A stretch of 64,000 bases of DNA from Abditibacterium sp. (GCA_965246885.1 OZ251992.1:544001-608000), one strand, 5' to 3'. Positions 36,728 to 46,955 are shown, numbered from the stretch's first letter. A program made the numbers and translations. The notes: a model not told the origin generated them from the letters alone.

Positions 36728-38083
36728 ATGATTTCCCCCGCCGAACTCGCTCCGCCTTTTGCGCCGCTTCCGGTGCGCGCGCGCGGCACACTCGAAATCT
36801 TCGATACCGCCTTCAAACTCTTCCGCCGCTACGCCAAAGTCTTGCTGGCGTGGTCGGCCATCGCGGGGATAATCAACATCGTTCCCATCGTGGGCATCTT
36901 CGGCTTTATCCTCACCATGCCCCTTGTCTACGGCTCCGTTTCGTGCGCCGTCGCGGGCGCAGTGCGCGGCCAAGACATCACCTTCAAGCAAGTGTGGGGC
37001 TTCACCAAGCCGCGCTACGGCGCGCTTTTGGGCGTGCTCATCCTCGCGCTTATCCTGCTGTCCATCGTGAGCTTTGCCGTCTTGCTTGTCGGGACGTTGG
37101 GCTTCGGCTTGGTCGTGGCGGGCGCGTCGAACTACGGGACTGCGGCCCAAGTCGTCGCCACCATCGTCGTCGGACTCGCTTCGCTGGTCGGCGGCTCGCT
37201 CCTGCTGGCCGTCGTGATGGGCTGGTTCAACCTCGCCCCCGTCATCGCCTGCCTCGAAGACGGCAATCGCGGCTCGAACGCTCTGTCGCGCGCGTGGATG
37301 CTGCTCAGCGGCAACTGGCGCAAAGCGAGCGCGGTCGCCACCATCCTCGCCCTTGCGGGCACCGCCGCGATGCTCGTTGTTTTCAGCTGCGTGATGTTTT
37401 TCTTTTACGGCGGCTGGGACAAGATGCTCGGCGCGAGCACCGACTGGGCGTCGGGCCTCGCGCTGTCGGGCATCAGCGCGCTCTTTTTCATCGCGTGGGC
37501 GCCGCTTCAAGCGATCATCGGCGCCGTGTTTTACCTCGACCTGCGCACGCGCAAAGAAGCGCTCGACCTCGAATGGACGAACTACGCCGCCAAGCCCGAA
37601 ACCCTGCCCGTTCCCGTCCAAGCCGCGCCGCCCCCGCAACCTCAACTTCCGATGGCCCCCTCCCCGGCCCCGGTGGGAGGAGCGGCGCCATCCGCCGCGC
37701 CGATGCCGCCGCCCCCGCCGCTTTTCGCGGCGTCCGTCGCGCCGTCGCCGCCGTCTGTGACGCTCCCGCCGCCGTCTGTCGCGCCGTCGCCGCCGTCTGT
37801 CGCGCCGTCGCCGCCGTCTGTCATCGCTCCGCAGACCTTCAATGAGGTGTCCCCGCCGCCCGTCATCGCCCCGATGTCGCCCGTCATCGCCCCGCCGCCT
37901 CCCCTCGAAGCGCCGCCGCTCAGCGCGCTCGACCGGTTCGCCGCCGAAGTTGAAGCTGCGCGCGAGTCCTCCCCGGCGCCCGCGCCGACCGCGACTTCAT
38001 CCTTCGCACCGCCGCGTTTCCGGCGCGAGCGCACAAGTGACGAAAAAGCCGACCCGTCGTCGTTCGGGGGTGGCGCGCGATGA
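36728..38083 (+). CDS. Integral membrane protein with Pro-rich C-terminal tail (type usually found upstream of DUF4129)
   Basis: P.R.R...EIFD.AF.LFRR start, AL.R.W.L..G.W, Y.DLR.RKE.LDL; several TMs. Confidence 0.75.
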   Translation: MISPAELAPPFAPLPVRARGTLEIFDTAFKLFRRYAKVLLAWSAIAGIINIVPIVGIFGFILTMPLVYGSVSCAVAGAVRGQDITFKQVWGFTKPRYGALLGVLILALILLSIVSFAVLLVGTLGFGLVVAGASNYGTAAQVVATIVVGLASLVGGSLLLAVVMGWFNLAPVIACLEDGNRGSNALSRAWMLLSGNWRKASAVATILALAGTAAMLVVFSCVMFFFYGGWDKMLGASTDWASGLALSGISALFFIAWAPLQAIIGAVFYLDLRTRKEALDLEWTNYAAKPETLPVPVQAAPPPQPQLPMAPSPAPVGGAAPSAAPMPPPPPLFAASVAPSPPSVTLPPPSVAPSPPSVAPSPPSVIAPQTFNEVSPPPVIAPMSPVIAPPPPLEAPPLSALDRFAAEVEAARESSPAPAPTATSSFAPPRFRRERTSDEKADPSSFGGGAR

Positions 38084-39192
38084 AACGGCTCTGGCTGGCG
38101 CTCGTGTTGCTCGTGGCGGGCGAGGCGGCGCGCGCGCAGGTTAAGTTGCCCGCCACTAAGCCTTCGGCGGTGAGTAAGACCATCTCCGCCGCCGCTTACC
38201 GCGCGCTATTGCAGGGGGCGCTGGATAAAATCACCGCCGTCGAGAAGCGCCCGCCCACCGACGTGCGGCCCGCGCTTCGCCCGCTCGATGCGCCGTTTAC
38301 CGTCACGCGCCCCGATGGGCAAAGCCAAAGCACGCGCGGCGACGAATGGAACCAACTGTTATCGAACGGAAGCGGAAAGAGCGCCGCCAAGCTGGGCCGC
38401 GATGAAACGAGCGCGCTCAAGAGTTCCCTCGCCAGCCGCTTGCAAGCCCTCGACGCGTGGACGAGGAAGGACGCGAACGGCCACTACTACGCCGCTTTCG
38501 ACGCGCAGAAAGTCGTGGACGAGGCGGTGTCGTCCGGGCAAATCCGCGTCGGGCCGCCGCCCTTGCAGAAGTGGCTCGGCGACGTCCAAACCGCCATCGG
38601 CGACGCCATTGACCGCTTCTTCAAGTGGCTGGGAAGCCTGATGCCCAAGTCGAAGGCGCCCCCGCCGCCATCGGCCAAGTTGCCCGACTTGTCGTGGCTG
38701 TGGTTCCTTTTCTGGGCGCTGATGGTGAGTCTGCTCGGCGTGTTGCTCTTTTTGGCGGCGCGCGCGCTGTCGGGCGGCTCCTTCACGCTGTGGGGCATCG
38801 GGCGGCGCCGCCCCAAGGAAGCGGAACTGCGCGACGAAGACGCGGCCCTATTCCAAATGGCGCCGGAGGAACTGCGCGACCGCGCTGACCAATTCGCTTC
38901 TCAAGGCAACTTCCGCGAGGCGCTCCGGCACCGCTTTATCTCGCTACTGGTCTTGCTCGACGCGCAAGGCACGTGGCGCTACGACATCCGCCGCACCAAC
39001 TGGGAGCACATCGCCCTCTTGCGCCGCGAGGAGAGTAAGCGCCCGCTCGTCGCGCCGCTCACCGACTTGACGCGCGCCTTTGACCGCGTGCGCTATGGCG
39101 GCGCGCCCTGCGACGAGGAAGGCTGGAACGGCTTCCAAGCGGGCGTGCGCGAAGTCGAATCTCAAGTCGGAGGCCGCGCCGTCGCGCGCTAA
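38080..39192 (+). CDS. DUF4129 domain protein
   Basis: TM, then A...A..G.FREALR.....L..L, TNWE, F.RV.YG. Confidence 0.8.
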   Translation: MKRLWLALVLLVAGEAARAQVKLPATKPSAVSKTISAAAYRALLQGALDKITAVEKRPPTDVRPALRPLDAPFTVTRPDGQSQSTRGDEWNQLLSNGSGKSAAKLGRDETSALKSSLASRLQALDAWTRKDANGHYYAAFDAQKVVDEAVSSGQIRVGPPPLQKWLGDVQTAIGDAIDRFFKWLGSLMPKSKAPPPPSAKLPDLSWLWFLFWALMVSLLGVLLFLAARALSGGSFTLWGIGRRRPKEAELRDEDAALFQMAPEELRDRADQFASQGNFREALRHRFISLLVLLDAQGTWRYDIRRTNWEHIALLRREESKRPLVAPLTDLTRAFDRVRYGGAPCDEEGWNGFQAGVREVESQVGGRAVAR

Positions 39193-39198
39193 GACACC

Positions 39199-40440
39199 AT
39201 GAAACGCATCAACCGCACGCGCCTTTTCGTCGGCCTGCTCATCGCCTTGGTGGTTGGCATCGCCTTCGTCGCGGCGCGCCACGAGGGGGGCGACCCCTCG
39301 CCGCCCGTGCACCCGCGCGACGCTTCGCCCGAAGGCGGACGCGCGCTTGCGCTCGTGTTGGAACGGATGGGCTACACCGTCCAAACCCAAGCCGCGCCGC
39401 TCCAGCAAATGCCCTCCGACGCGCGGGTCTGGCTGCTGCTTGATTCCGGCACGACCTTCTCGGACAAAGAAGCCGACGCGCTACTTGAGTGGGTGCGCAA
39501 GGGCGGAACGCTCCTGTGGGTGCCGCCTTCTTATTCTTACTCGGTCACGAGCGGCTCAACCGCGCGCCCCGGCGCGGACGTCCTCAAGGGGAAACTGGGC
39601 ATCTCGACGGGCGGGCAACCCAACTTCGACGCCAACGGCTTGCCGCGCATGACTCCCGTCACCCTCGACGCCGTCGCCCGCTACCGCACCGGCGTTAAAA
39701 CCGCGTCCTCGTCGGGCGCAAGCGCGGCGGCGGCGGGGTTCAACGACCGCGAAGCGGATGGGACGGTGCGCGGCGCCTTGCAAGTCACCGGCGACGGCGC
39801 CATCCTCCGACTGGACGAAGGGAGCGGCCACGTCTTCGTCTTTCCCGACGCATGGATGCTCTCCAACTTCGGTATGGCCCAGCCCTCTAACGCCACGCTC
39901 ATCGCCAACCTCATTCGCGCCGACACTCTCGGCGCAAGCGGCGCAAACGGCGGCGCGGTCTACTTCGATGAGCGCCGCCACGACAACACGCTCGCCCCGC
40001 CCGCGCCCGACGATTGGCCCGCGCGGTTGCGGCAAAGACCGGTCGTGTTCGCGTTATGGCAACTGCTGGTCGTCGGACTCGGCACCCTTGCCCTTGTCGG
40101 GAGGCGCTTGGGGGCGCCGGTCGCGCTGCCGTCGAGCGCGCCCGTGACCCGCGCGTCCGGCTTCGCGCGGGCGATGGGCGGCCTCTTGCTCAAAGCCGCG
40201 CGCCCCAAAGCGGCGGCGCAAATCATCGGCGAGTCGTTCCGCGCGCGCTTGGCACGGCGCATCGGCCTCTCGCCCCGCGATTCGGACGACGTGCTGGCCG
40301 GACGCGCCGCCGAAATCTCCGGCCTCGACCGCGACCTGCTCGCGCGCGCCCTCATCAACTCGCGTGCCCCCGCAACCGACGAGACGAACGCCCTGCGCGA
40401 CGCGCAGCAAATGGAACGCATCCTCGAAAGATTGGGATAG
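39199..40440 (+). CDS. DUF4350 domain protein
   Basis: P.G.RAL...L, L.EWV..GG.L, G.G.V, V.FDE..H, RR.G.P; DUF4129-DUF4350-MoxR order. Confidence 0.78.
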   Translation: MKRINRTRLFVGLLIALVVGIAFVAARHEGGDPSPPVHPRDASPEGGRALALVLERMGYTVQTQAAPLQQMPSDARVWLLLDSGTTFSDKEADALLEWVRKGGTLLWVPPSYSYSVTSGSTARPGADVLKGKLGISTGGQPNFDANGLPRMTPVTLDAVARYRTGVKTASSSGASAAAAGFNDREADGTVRGALQVTGDGAILRLDEGSGHVFVFPDAWMLSNFGMAQPSNATLIANLIRADTLGASGANGGAVYFDERRHDNTLAPPAPDDWPARLRQRPVVFALWQLLVVGLGTLALVGRRLGAPVALPSSAPVTRASGFARAMGGLLLKAARPKAAAQIIGESFRARLARRIGLSPRDSDDVLAGRAAEISGLDRDLLARALINSRAPATDETNALRDAQQMERILERLG

Positions 40441-40461
40441 AATACAAGCGCCCTTTTTACC

Positions 40462-41439
40462 ATGACCTCCGAAATTCAAGCGGGCGCGACTGCCCCGGTT
40501 CAACGCCTCATCGAAGCGGTGCGCGAGGAAGCCGCCAAAGCCGTCGTCGGGCAAGACGAACTCATCGGGCAGTTCCTTATCGCCTTCCTCGTTGGCGGGC
40601 ACGTCTTGCTCGAAGGCGTTCCCGGCGTGGCGAAGACGCTTTCCAGCCGCACCCTCGCGCACACCCTGTCGGCGACCTTCAAGCGCATCCAGTTCACGCC
40701 CGACCTCATGCCTTCCGACGTGACCGGCACGAGCGTCTTCGACGCCCGTAGCGGGGATTTTACGCTTAAAAAAGGCCCCATCTTCACCGACATCCTGCTC
40801 GCCGACGAAATCAACCGCACCCCGCCCAAAACCCAAGCCGCGCTCCTCGAAGCCATGCAGGAAAAGCGCGTCACCATTGATGGCGTCGGCCACGAACTGT
40901 CGCCGCTTTTCACCGTCTTAGCGACGCAAAACCCCGTTGACTACGAGGGCACCTACCCCCTCCCGGAAGCCCAAGTTGACCGCTTCGTGATGAAGGTTTT
41001 GGTGACGTACCCGCGCCCCGACGAAGAAATGGCCCTCTTGGAGCGCGTCCATGCCGGGTTCAATTCGCACGACTTGGAGCAAGCGGGCGTGCGTGCCGTC
41101 GCTTCGCCCGAAGACCTGATGGCCGCGCGCGCCGCCGTGCGCGCCGTCAAGGTCAGCGAAGGCATGATCCGCTACATCTTCTCCTTGGTCGAGCGCACCC
41201 GCACCCTCGCTACACTTACTCTGGGCGCGTCGCCCAGAGCGGGCATCGCCCTTTTGGAGTGCGCCAAGGCGCTCGCTGCCATGAACGGGCGCGACTACAT
41301 CATCCCCGAAGACGTCAAAACCGTCGCTTTTCCCGTCCTGCGCCACCGCTTGTTACTCCGTGCCGAAAGCGAGATGGAGGGCCTCAAGTCCGACGACATC
41401 ATCCGCTCCATTCTGGCCTCGGTCGAAGTGCCGCGCTAA
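40462..41439 (+). CDS. MoxR-family AAA+ ATPase
   Basis: [58 protein letters not shown]. Confidence 0.96.
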   Translation: MTSEIQAGATAPVQRLIEAVREEAAKAVVGQDELIGQFLIAFLVGGHVLLEGVPGVAKTLSSRTLAHTLSATFKRIQFTPDLMPSDVTGTSVFDARSGDFTLKKGPIFTDILLADEINRTPPKTQAALLEAMQEKRVTIDGVGHELSPLFTVLATQNPVDYEGTYPLPEAQVDRFVMKVLVTYPRPDEEMALLERVHAGFNSHDLEQAGVRAVASPEDLMAARAAVRAVKVSEGMIRYIFSLVERTRTLATLTLGASPRAGIALLECAKALAAMNGRDYIIPEDVKTVAFPVLRHRLLLRAESEMEGLKSDDIIRSILASVEVPR

Positions 41440-42212
41440 AACGCCCGCAATACCCACAGCGCCGCGCATGCCGCGAACAGGAGGGAATCGAACCTGTCCA
41501 GCACCCCGCCGTGACCGGGCAGCAGACTCCCCAAGTCCTTCACCCCCAGTTCGCGCTTGACGAACGACTCGAACAAATCGCCCAAAGGCGCCGCGATGCC
41601 CACGACGGCGCCCAGTAGCAAGGCGCGCGAGGGCGGCAGATGCAAGAAGTGCGCGAGTAGGGGAGCCGCGAAGGTCGTGGCCAGCAGGCCGAACGTGAAC
41701 CCTTCGCGCGTTTTCTTGGGGGATAGAGGCGAGAGCGGATGTTTGCCAAAGCGCTTGCCGCCGTAATACGCGAGCGTATCGCCCGTCCACACCAGAAGCA
41801 GCACCAGCCAGAACCATTTTCCCGCGCCTAATTCGCGTAGCTTCGGCAAGAGCGCGAACAGGGCCGCGTACAGCGTGCCAAACAGCGTGGACTGCACCGC
41901 CGCGAGGGATAAACGCGGCCCCTGCGCCGCGCCTCCCAACACCACCGCCGCGACGCCAATGGCCGTCACAACGCTTGCCACCCACGCCCCCGATAACCCG
42001 AACGCCACCGCCCATGCCACAGCCGGAAACGCAACCGGCGCGAAGACCGGCGCCGCGCCTTCCTTGCTTGATGCCGCCTGCAATTCGCGGGTCGCAAGTA
42101 GCGCCAGCACCAAACAAAACCCGCGAAACCACCACCCGCCCGCCGCGACGACGAGCAACACAAGCGGAATCCCCGCCACCGCCGTCCACACGCGCGCTTC
42201 AATTTTGTTCAT
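41436..42212 (-). CDS. cdsA: Phosphatidate cytidylyltransferase
   Basis: SPKKT.EG, GDLFES..KR..GVKD....PGHGG.LDRFDS. Confidence 0.93.
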   Translation of the reverse strand: MNKIEARVWTAVAGIPLVLLVVAAGGWWFRGFCLVLALLATRELQAASSKEGAAPVFAPVAFPAVAWAVAFGLSGAWVASVVTAIGVAAVVLGGAAQGPRLSLAAVQSTLFGTLYAALFALLPKLRELGAGKWFWLVLLLVWTGDTLAYYGGKRFGKHPLSPLSPKKTREGFTFGLLATTFAAPLLAHFLHLPPSRALLLGAVVGIAAPLGDLFESFVKRELGVKDLGSLLPGHGGVLDRFDSLLFAACAALWVLRAF

Positions 42213-42224
42213 AGCCTGATTCGC

Positions 42225-43055
42225 TCACGCGCCCGCCTCCATCGCTCTCACCAGCGCCCGCAAATCGGGGAAGATCAAGTCCGGCGCTTCCTCGCCGGTC
42301 GCCATGTGCGCTGCTTCGGGCGTCGTCACGCCGGTTTCGACCAGTATCGTGCCAATGCCTGCCCGTGCCCCGCACGCGATGTCCGTATCCAAGCGGTCGC
42401 CGACCATTGCCGCTTCCGCTTTGGCGAGGTTATGGCCCGTCAGGATTTCCAGCAGCATCGCCGGTTCGGGCTTGCCCATCGAAAGCGGCGCCACTCCCGA
42501 TGCGGTAGCGATGGCGGCAACGATGGAACCGGCGCCGGGCACAACGCCGCCTTCGACGGGGAACGTCGCGTCGCGGTTGGTGGCGATGAAACACGCGCCG
42601 CGCCCGATAAATTGTTGGGCCAAGCGCAGCTTTTCGTAGTTGAAACCCCGGTCAATACCCGCGACGACGACCTCGATTTCGTCTGATTCCGAGACAGTTT
42701 CCAACGTGAACACGCGCGCTCCGGCGCTCCGTAGCAAACCTTGCACGCCCTCCTCGCCAACGACGAATGTGCGCGCGCCGGGAAACTCGCGCCCCACGTA
42801 AGAGGCCGTCGCCGTCGCGCTGGTGACGACTTCCTCCGGCGAAGCGGCGATGCCCATCCCTTGGAGCCGCTCGGCGAACCAATCGGGCGAGCGCGCCGAG
42901 TTGTTCGTCGCATAAAAACAGCGCTTGCCCATGTATTTCAGCCGCTCAACGGATTCGGCGGCGCCGTCAATGGGCGACGCCCCCCGCCAAATCACGCCGT
43001 CCAAATCGAAAATGAAGGCCGACACTTGCCGAAGGGCATCGAGAGAAAGGGGCAC
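42225..43055 (-). CDS. HAD-IIA (NagD-like) hydrolase
   Basis: DLDGV, TNNS, ATN.D, GKP, MVGDRLDTDI. Confidence 0.92.
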   Translation of the reverse strand: MPLSLDALRQVSAFIFDLDGVIWRGASPIDGAAESVERLKYMGKRCFYATNNSARSPDWFAERLQGMGIAASPEEVVTSATATASYVGREFPGARTFVVGEEGVQGLLRSAGARVFTLETVSESDEIEVVVAGIDRGFNYEKLRLAQQFIGRGACFIATNRDATFPVEGGVVPGAGSIVAAIATASGVAPLSMGKPEPAMLLEILTGHNLAKAEAAMVGDRLDTDIACGARAGIGTILVETGVTTPEAAHMATGEEAPDLIFPDLRALVRAMEAGA

Positions 43056-43097
43056 GCGAGAAATTTAACAAACAGAGGCGCCATTCTTCCGCTCACC

Positions 43098-43202
43098 CAT
43101 GCGCGCCACCGAGCCGCCTATGCGCGCCGTTGCGTCGTCTATGCGCGCCGTTGCGTCGTCTATGCGCGCCGTTGCGTCGTCTATGCGCGCCGTTGCGTCG
43201 CC
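43098..43202. repeat. 21-bp tandem array (5 units)
   Basis: ATGCGCGCC at 43099, 43120, 43141, 43162, 43183; unit TATGCGCGCCGTTGCGTCGTC. Confidence 0.9.
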
Positions 43203-43223
43203 CGCATAGGTGACTCGCTGCTT

Positions 43224-43739
43224 TTACAACCCGCGCTCCATTTCCAACCGCTCGACCCGGAAACCGGCGCGCTCATATAATCGCACGGCGGAAGCGTTTG
43301 AGCCAGTGACCGTCAAGCGCAAGCGCTCGACCTTGCGCGAGCGGAACCATCCGGCGGCGTGTTCGAGCAATTCCTCGCCCAAATGTTGGCCGCGATGCGT
43401 CGCTTCGATAAAAACGTTATTGACGTAGCCATAGCGCTCGTTCGTCCAGCTATTCGTGCACAGCACCACCCAAATGAACCCGCAGGGGCCAGAAGCGACG
43501 TCATCCAGCACCCACAAAGCATGGTTGCCATCCAAAAAGGCGCGGCGCAGGTCGTGACGAAAAGCGCCGGTGAACTCCAAGGAAATCTTGAATTCGGGAA
43601 AGTTGAGCGCATACGTTTCGCGTTGCCACGAGCAAACGGAATCGGCGTCGGCCTCCCACGCAAAGGAGCGCAGCGCGATGGTTTTTTCCGCTCCCACCAA
43701 GCGCAGCACCGGCGAGGGCCACTCGCGCGGGCGCGGCAA
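43224..43739 (-). CDS. GNAT-family N-acetyltransferase
   Basis: V..VFI...HRGQHLG..LL, L.V...N..A..LYE..GF; start uncertain (the longer ORF reads through a REPIN). Confidence 0.8.
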   Translation of the reverse strand: MPRPREWPSPVLRLVGAEKTIALRSFAWEADADSVCSWQRETYALNFPEFKISLEFTGAFRHDLRRAFLDGNHALWVLDDVASGPCGFIWVVLCTNSWTNERYGYVNNVFIEATHRGQHLGEELLEHAAGWFRSRKVERLRLTVTGSNASAVRLYERAGFRVERLEMERGL

Positions 43740-43854
43740 AGCGGGAGCCGCTTCGGGGGACGGAGCAGCGCGCTTAACGGCGAAAAACGGGAAGCGCCCG
43801 ATAAGGCTCTTGATGGGGTGAAGTGTAGAGATTTTGAATGGGGTGCTAACTTGT

Positions 43855-44037
43855 ATCAGCCTCTTTGGTTCAGCGACGCCCGGCGACTGAAGTCGCGGGC
43901 AACTTACGGCAAAGCCTCCCTTCGGAGGCTGCGAGCCGGGACAAATGAGTGGCGTTCCTCCAGTCGGCATAGGTGGGCTTTGCCGTAAGTTGCCCGCGAC
44001 TTCAGTCGCTGGGCGTTGCTGAACCAAAGAGGCTGAT
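43855..44037. repeat. Long REPIN-like inverted repeat (62-bp arms, 2 mismatches)
   Basis: Arms 43855-43916 and 43976-44037 containing GCGACTGAAGTCGC; inner hairpin AGCCTCC-CTTC-GGAGGCT. Confidence 0.9.
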
Positions 44038-44112
44038 GAAGGGTTCCTATTCCAATTCCAAATTCCGCCTTGCCAAAACCCGCGAAATCCCTCAAACCCA
44101 AAGGCGTTTTTT

Positions 44113-45846
44113 ATGGCTTCTACTTCTGTTATCGCGGCGAAAACAAGCGCGCCGCGCATTGCTTACTATTCGATGGAGATCGGTTTTCGCACCGACATCC
44201 CCACGTATTCGGGCGGTTTGGGCGTTCTGGCGGGCGATACCCTCAAGTCTGCTGCCGATTTGGGCGTGCCGGTTGTGGCGTGCTCGCTGCTTTACAATCG
44301 CGGCTACTTCCGCCAGCATCTCGATCTTGACGGTTGGCAGAGCGAGGAAGACGTGCATTGGGACTTCGCCGCCAAAGGCTTCGTCCTGCAAGACGCGCGT
44401 GTGTCGGTTTCCCTTGAAGGGCGCCGCGTGCAGTTGCAAGCGTGGCGCTACAACTTGAAAGGCGAAACGGGGCACGTCATCCCGCTCATCATGCTCGACG
44501 CCGATGTGGAGGGCAACTCGCCTCAAGACCGCGAACTCACGTTCCGCTTGTATGGTGGCGACAACCGCTACCGCCTCAAGCAGGAAATTATTCTGGGCAT
44601 TGGCGGCACGAGGATGCTCGCCGCGCTCGGTTTCACGCCGCAGAAATACCACATGAACGAGGGACACGCCGCGTTCTTGGTGTTGGAACTGCTGTCGAAG
44701 ACCAAGAAAAACATTGAGGACGTGTGGGACGAAAATCTGGTGTGGGATACGCAATCAGTGAAGGACAGGTGCATCTTTACCACGCACACTCCCGTCGAGG
44801 CGGGGCACGACCGCTTCCATTGGGACTTGGTGAGCGAAGTGATGGGCGACTTCTTTCCGATGCGCGACTTCAAGCGCTTCGGGGATGAACACGACGAACT
44901 CAATATGTCCGTCCTCGCGCTGAATCTGAGCGGCTTCCACAACGCCGTCGCCAAGAAACACGGCGAGGTGTCGCGCAACATGTTTCCGGGCTACGACATT
45001 CGCTCCGTGACCAACGGCGTTCATTCCAAGACGTGGACGCACGAGCTTTGGAAAAGCGTGTTCGACCAATACATCCCCGGCTGGACGCTCGAACCCGAAC
45101 TCTTCGTGCGCGTGGACAACGTGCCGGACGCCGTCGTGTGGGAAACGCACCAAACGTGCAAGCGCGAGTTGCTGGGCATCGTCGAAAGCATGACCGGTAT
45201 TAAAATGTCGGACGACATTTTGACGCTCGGCTTCGCGCGGCGTGCCACGCCTTACAAGCGCGCCGACCTGCTTTTCCGCGATGTGGAGCGCCTGCTTGAG
45301 ATTGCGGGCGGCAAGCTGCAAGTCGTGTATGCCGGAAAAGCCCACCCCAAAGACGGCGCGGGCAAGGACAACATCCACAAAATCATCGAGGCCGCGCGCA
45401 AGTTAGGCGGCGAAATCCCCGTCGTCTTTCTGGAGAACTACGACATGGAACTCGCGCTCAAGATCATCGCGGGCGCGGACGTGTGGCTCAACACCCCGAT
45501 GCGCCCCCGCGAAGCGTCGGGCACCTCCGGCATGAAGGCGACCCACAACGGCGTGCCGAACTTTTCCGTCCTCGACGGGTGGTGGATCGAGGGCTGGATA
45601 GAGGGCGTCACTGGCTGGAGCATCGGCCCCGAAGCAACGGAGACCAACCTCGACGCAGTGGATGAAAACCTCGACCTCGTTGATCTGCTCGACAAGTTGG
45701 AGCACAAACTTCTGCCCACCTACTACGCCGCCGACAACCACGCGGCGTGGATTCAGGTGATGAAGGGGGCGATTGGCAAAAACGCCTGCTACTTCAACAC
45801 CCACCGCATGATGCGCCAATACGTCACGGACGCTTATATCCAGTAA
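44113..45846 (+). CDS. glgP: Alpha-glucan (glycogen/maltodextrin) phosphorylase
   Basis: YSGGLG.LAGD, HMNEGH, FTTHTP, TNGVH, FARR...YKR, GKAHP, EASGTSGMK. Confidence 0.95.
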   Translation: MASTSVIAAKTSAPRIAYYSMEIGFRTDIPTYSGGLGVLAGDTLKSAADLGVPVVACSLLYNRGYFRQHLDLDGWQSEEDVHWDFAAKGFVLQDARVSVSLEGRRVQLQAWRYNLKGETGHVIPLIMLDADVEGNSPQDRELTFRLYGGDNRYRLKQEIILGIGGTRMLAALGFTPQKYHMNEGHAAFLVLELLSKTKKNIEDVWDENLVWDTQSVKDRCIFTTHTPVEAGHDRFHWDLVSEVMGDFFPMRDFKRFGDEHDELNMSVLALNLSGFHNAVAKKHGEVSRNMFPGYDIRSVTNGVHSKTWTHELWKSVFDQYIPGWTLEPELFVRVDNVPDAVVWETHQTCKRELLGIVESMTGIKMSDDILTLGFARRATPYKRADLLFRDVERLLEIAGGKLQVVYAGKAHPKDGAGKDNIHKIIEAARKLGGEIPVVFLENYDMELALKIIAGADVWLNTPMRPREASGTSGMKATHNGVPNFSVLDGWWIEGWIEGVTGWSIGPEATETNLDAVDENLDLVDLLDKLEHKLLPTYYAADNHAAWIQVMKGAIGKNACYFNTHRMMRQYVTDAYIQ

Positions 45847-45850
45847 AATC

Positions 45851-45881
45851 GGAAACGGCGCCCCGTCGGGGCGCCGCTTCC
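45851..45881 (+). terminator. Hairpin downstream of glgP
   Basis: GGAAaCGGCGCCCC-GTC-GGGGCGCCGcTTCC. Confidence 0.55.
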
Positions 45882-45914
45882 CCCATTTCATATTAGAAGT
45901 TAAACTGGCGCGCC

Positions 45915-46955
45915 ATGAACCGAGTTCTCTTGGCGGGCGCGCTGGTGGCTCCGCCCCTGCTTTTCGTGGCGGCGCACGGGGCGCCGCCTAAAGCCGCTAT
46001 GCCTAAAGCGGCACCTCCCACCCCGACCGCTCCTGCGGCAATGGGAAAACCGGTTTTGGTAGGCACCGACCCGGACGGTGCGGCTTTTCTCACATGGGCG
46101 GCGGATGGTCAGTCGGTGCAAGTGGCGCCGATGGATCGGCGCCAGAATTTGCACTGGGGCGACTGTTCGCTTCCGGCTTCCAAAGGCTCGTCGGTGCCGC
46201 AAGTCACTTCGGCGCGTGTGCCCTTGTGGGAAATCGGTGGGCGTCCGGCCTCTGATGATTCCGACCCGAAAAAGCCGTCCATAGACCTTTCATCGCCCGA
46301 TGGCAAATTGTCCGTCCCTCTTCAAAACACGCCTTGGGATTTGTTTGGCGCGGAGTGGGGGGAAGTCATAATATGGTCATGGCGGTTTCAGGCTTCGGCC
46401 TTTTCGCCCGACTACTCGCGGGTCTTCATCGCCAGTTCAGGCGCCATCTACTCTTGGTCAACCCAAACGGGAAAGCGGTTGGGGCGTGTGGTGTTCGACC
46501 CGTCCGAAGAGAAGCGGGTTAACGTTGCCTTCTCACCCGACTGCCAATCTCTGCTCGCTCCGGCGAATGCCGGGGTGTTCGATACGCGCACCGGGCGCAA
46601 GCGATTCGGCGTCCCAATTCCCAACTCTCTCTATCCACCCCAATGGAACCCCGATGGGCGTAGCTTCTACGTACAATACGACCACTCGGTCGGTTTTTTC
46701 GACGCGCTCAACGGGCATCCCTTGTGGCGCGCTTCCATTGGCGAGCGCCCCCTCGTTCGTTTCGTGCCGGAGCTACACGCCGTTATTCTGTCCGCCGCCA
46801 ACGGGTTGGAACTGCGGGACGCACGGACGGGAAAAGCGCAACGGTTTCTGCCTGACCCGACCGAAGACGTGGAGGACTTCGCCGCTTCCCCCGATGGCTC
46901 GCAGCTTTGGGCGAGCTACGCGAACGGGCAAATCTGGAGTTGGCGATTGAATTAG
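45915..46955 (+). CDS. Exported WD40-like beta-propeller protein
   Basis: N-terminal signal/TM; repeated FSPD/WNPDG/SPDG and D..TG units. Confidence 0.7.
   Translation: MNRVLLAGALVAPPLLFVAAHGAPPKAAMPKAAPPTPTAPAAMGKPVLVGTDPDGAAFLTWAADGQSVQVAPMDRRQNLHWGDCSLPASKGSSVPQVTSARVPLWEIGGRPASDDSDPKKPSIDLSSPDGKLSVPLQNTPWDLFGAEWGEVIIWSWRFQASAFSPDYSRVFIASSGAIYSWSTQTGKRLGRVVFDPSEEKRVNVAFSPDCQSLLAPANAGVFDTRTGRKRFGVPIPNSLYPPQWNPDGRSFYVQYDHSVGFFDALNGHPLWRASIGERPLVRFVPELHAVILSAANGLELRDARTGKAQRFLPDPTEDVEDFAASPDGSQLWASYANGQIWSWRLN

Noticed and set aside
43098..43202. Possible CRISPR array or small repeat protein (YARRCVV)n
   Set aside because: No spacers; the ORFs arise only because the repeat lacks stop codons
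43840..43850. CIRCE half-site (GTGCTAA)
   Set aside because: No matching second arm at 9-nt spacing, and not near heat-shock genes
43740..44159. N-terminal extension of the GNAT ORF (311 aa)
   Set aside because: Reads through the 62-bp inverted repeat (duplicated peptide in opposite frames) and overlaps the glgP start
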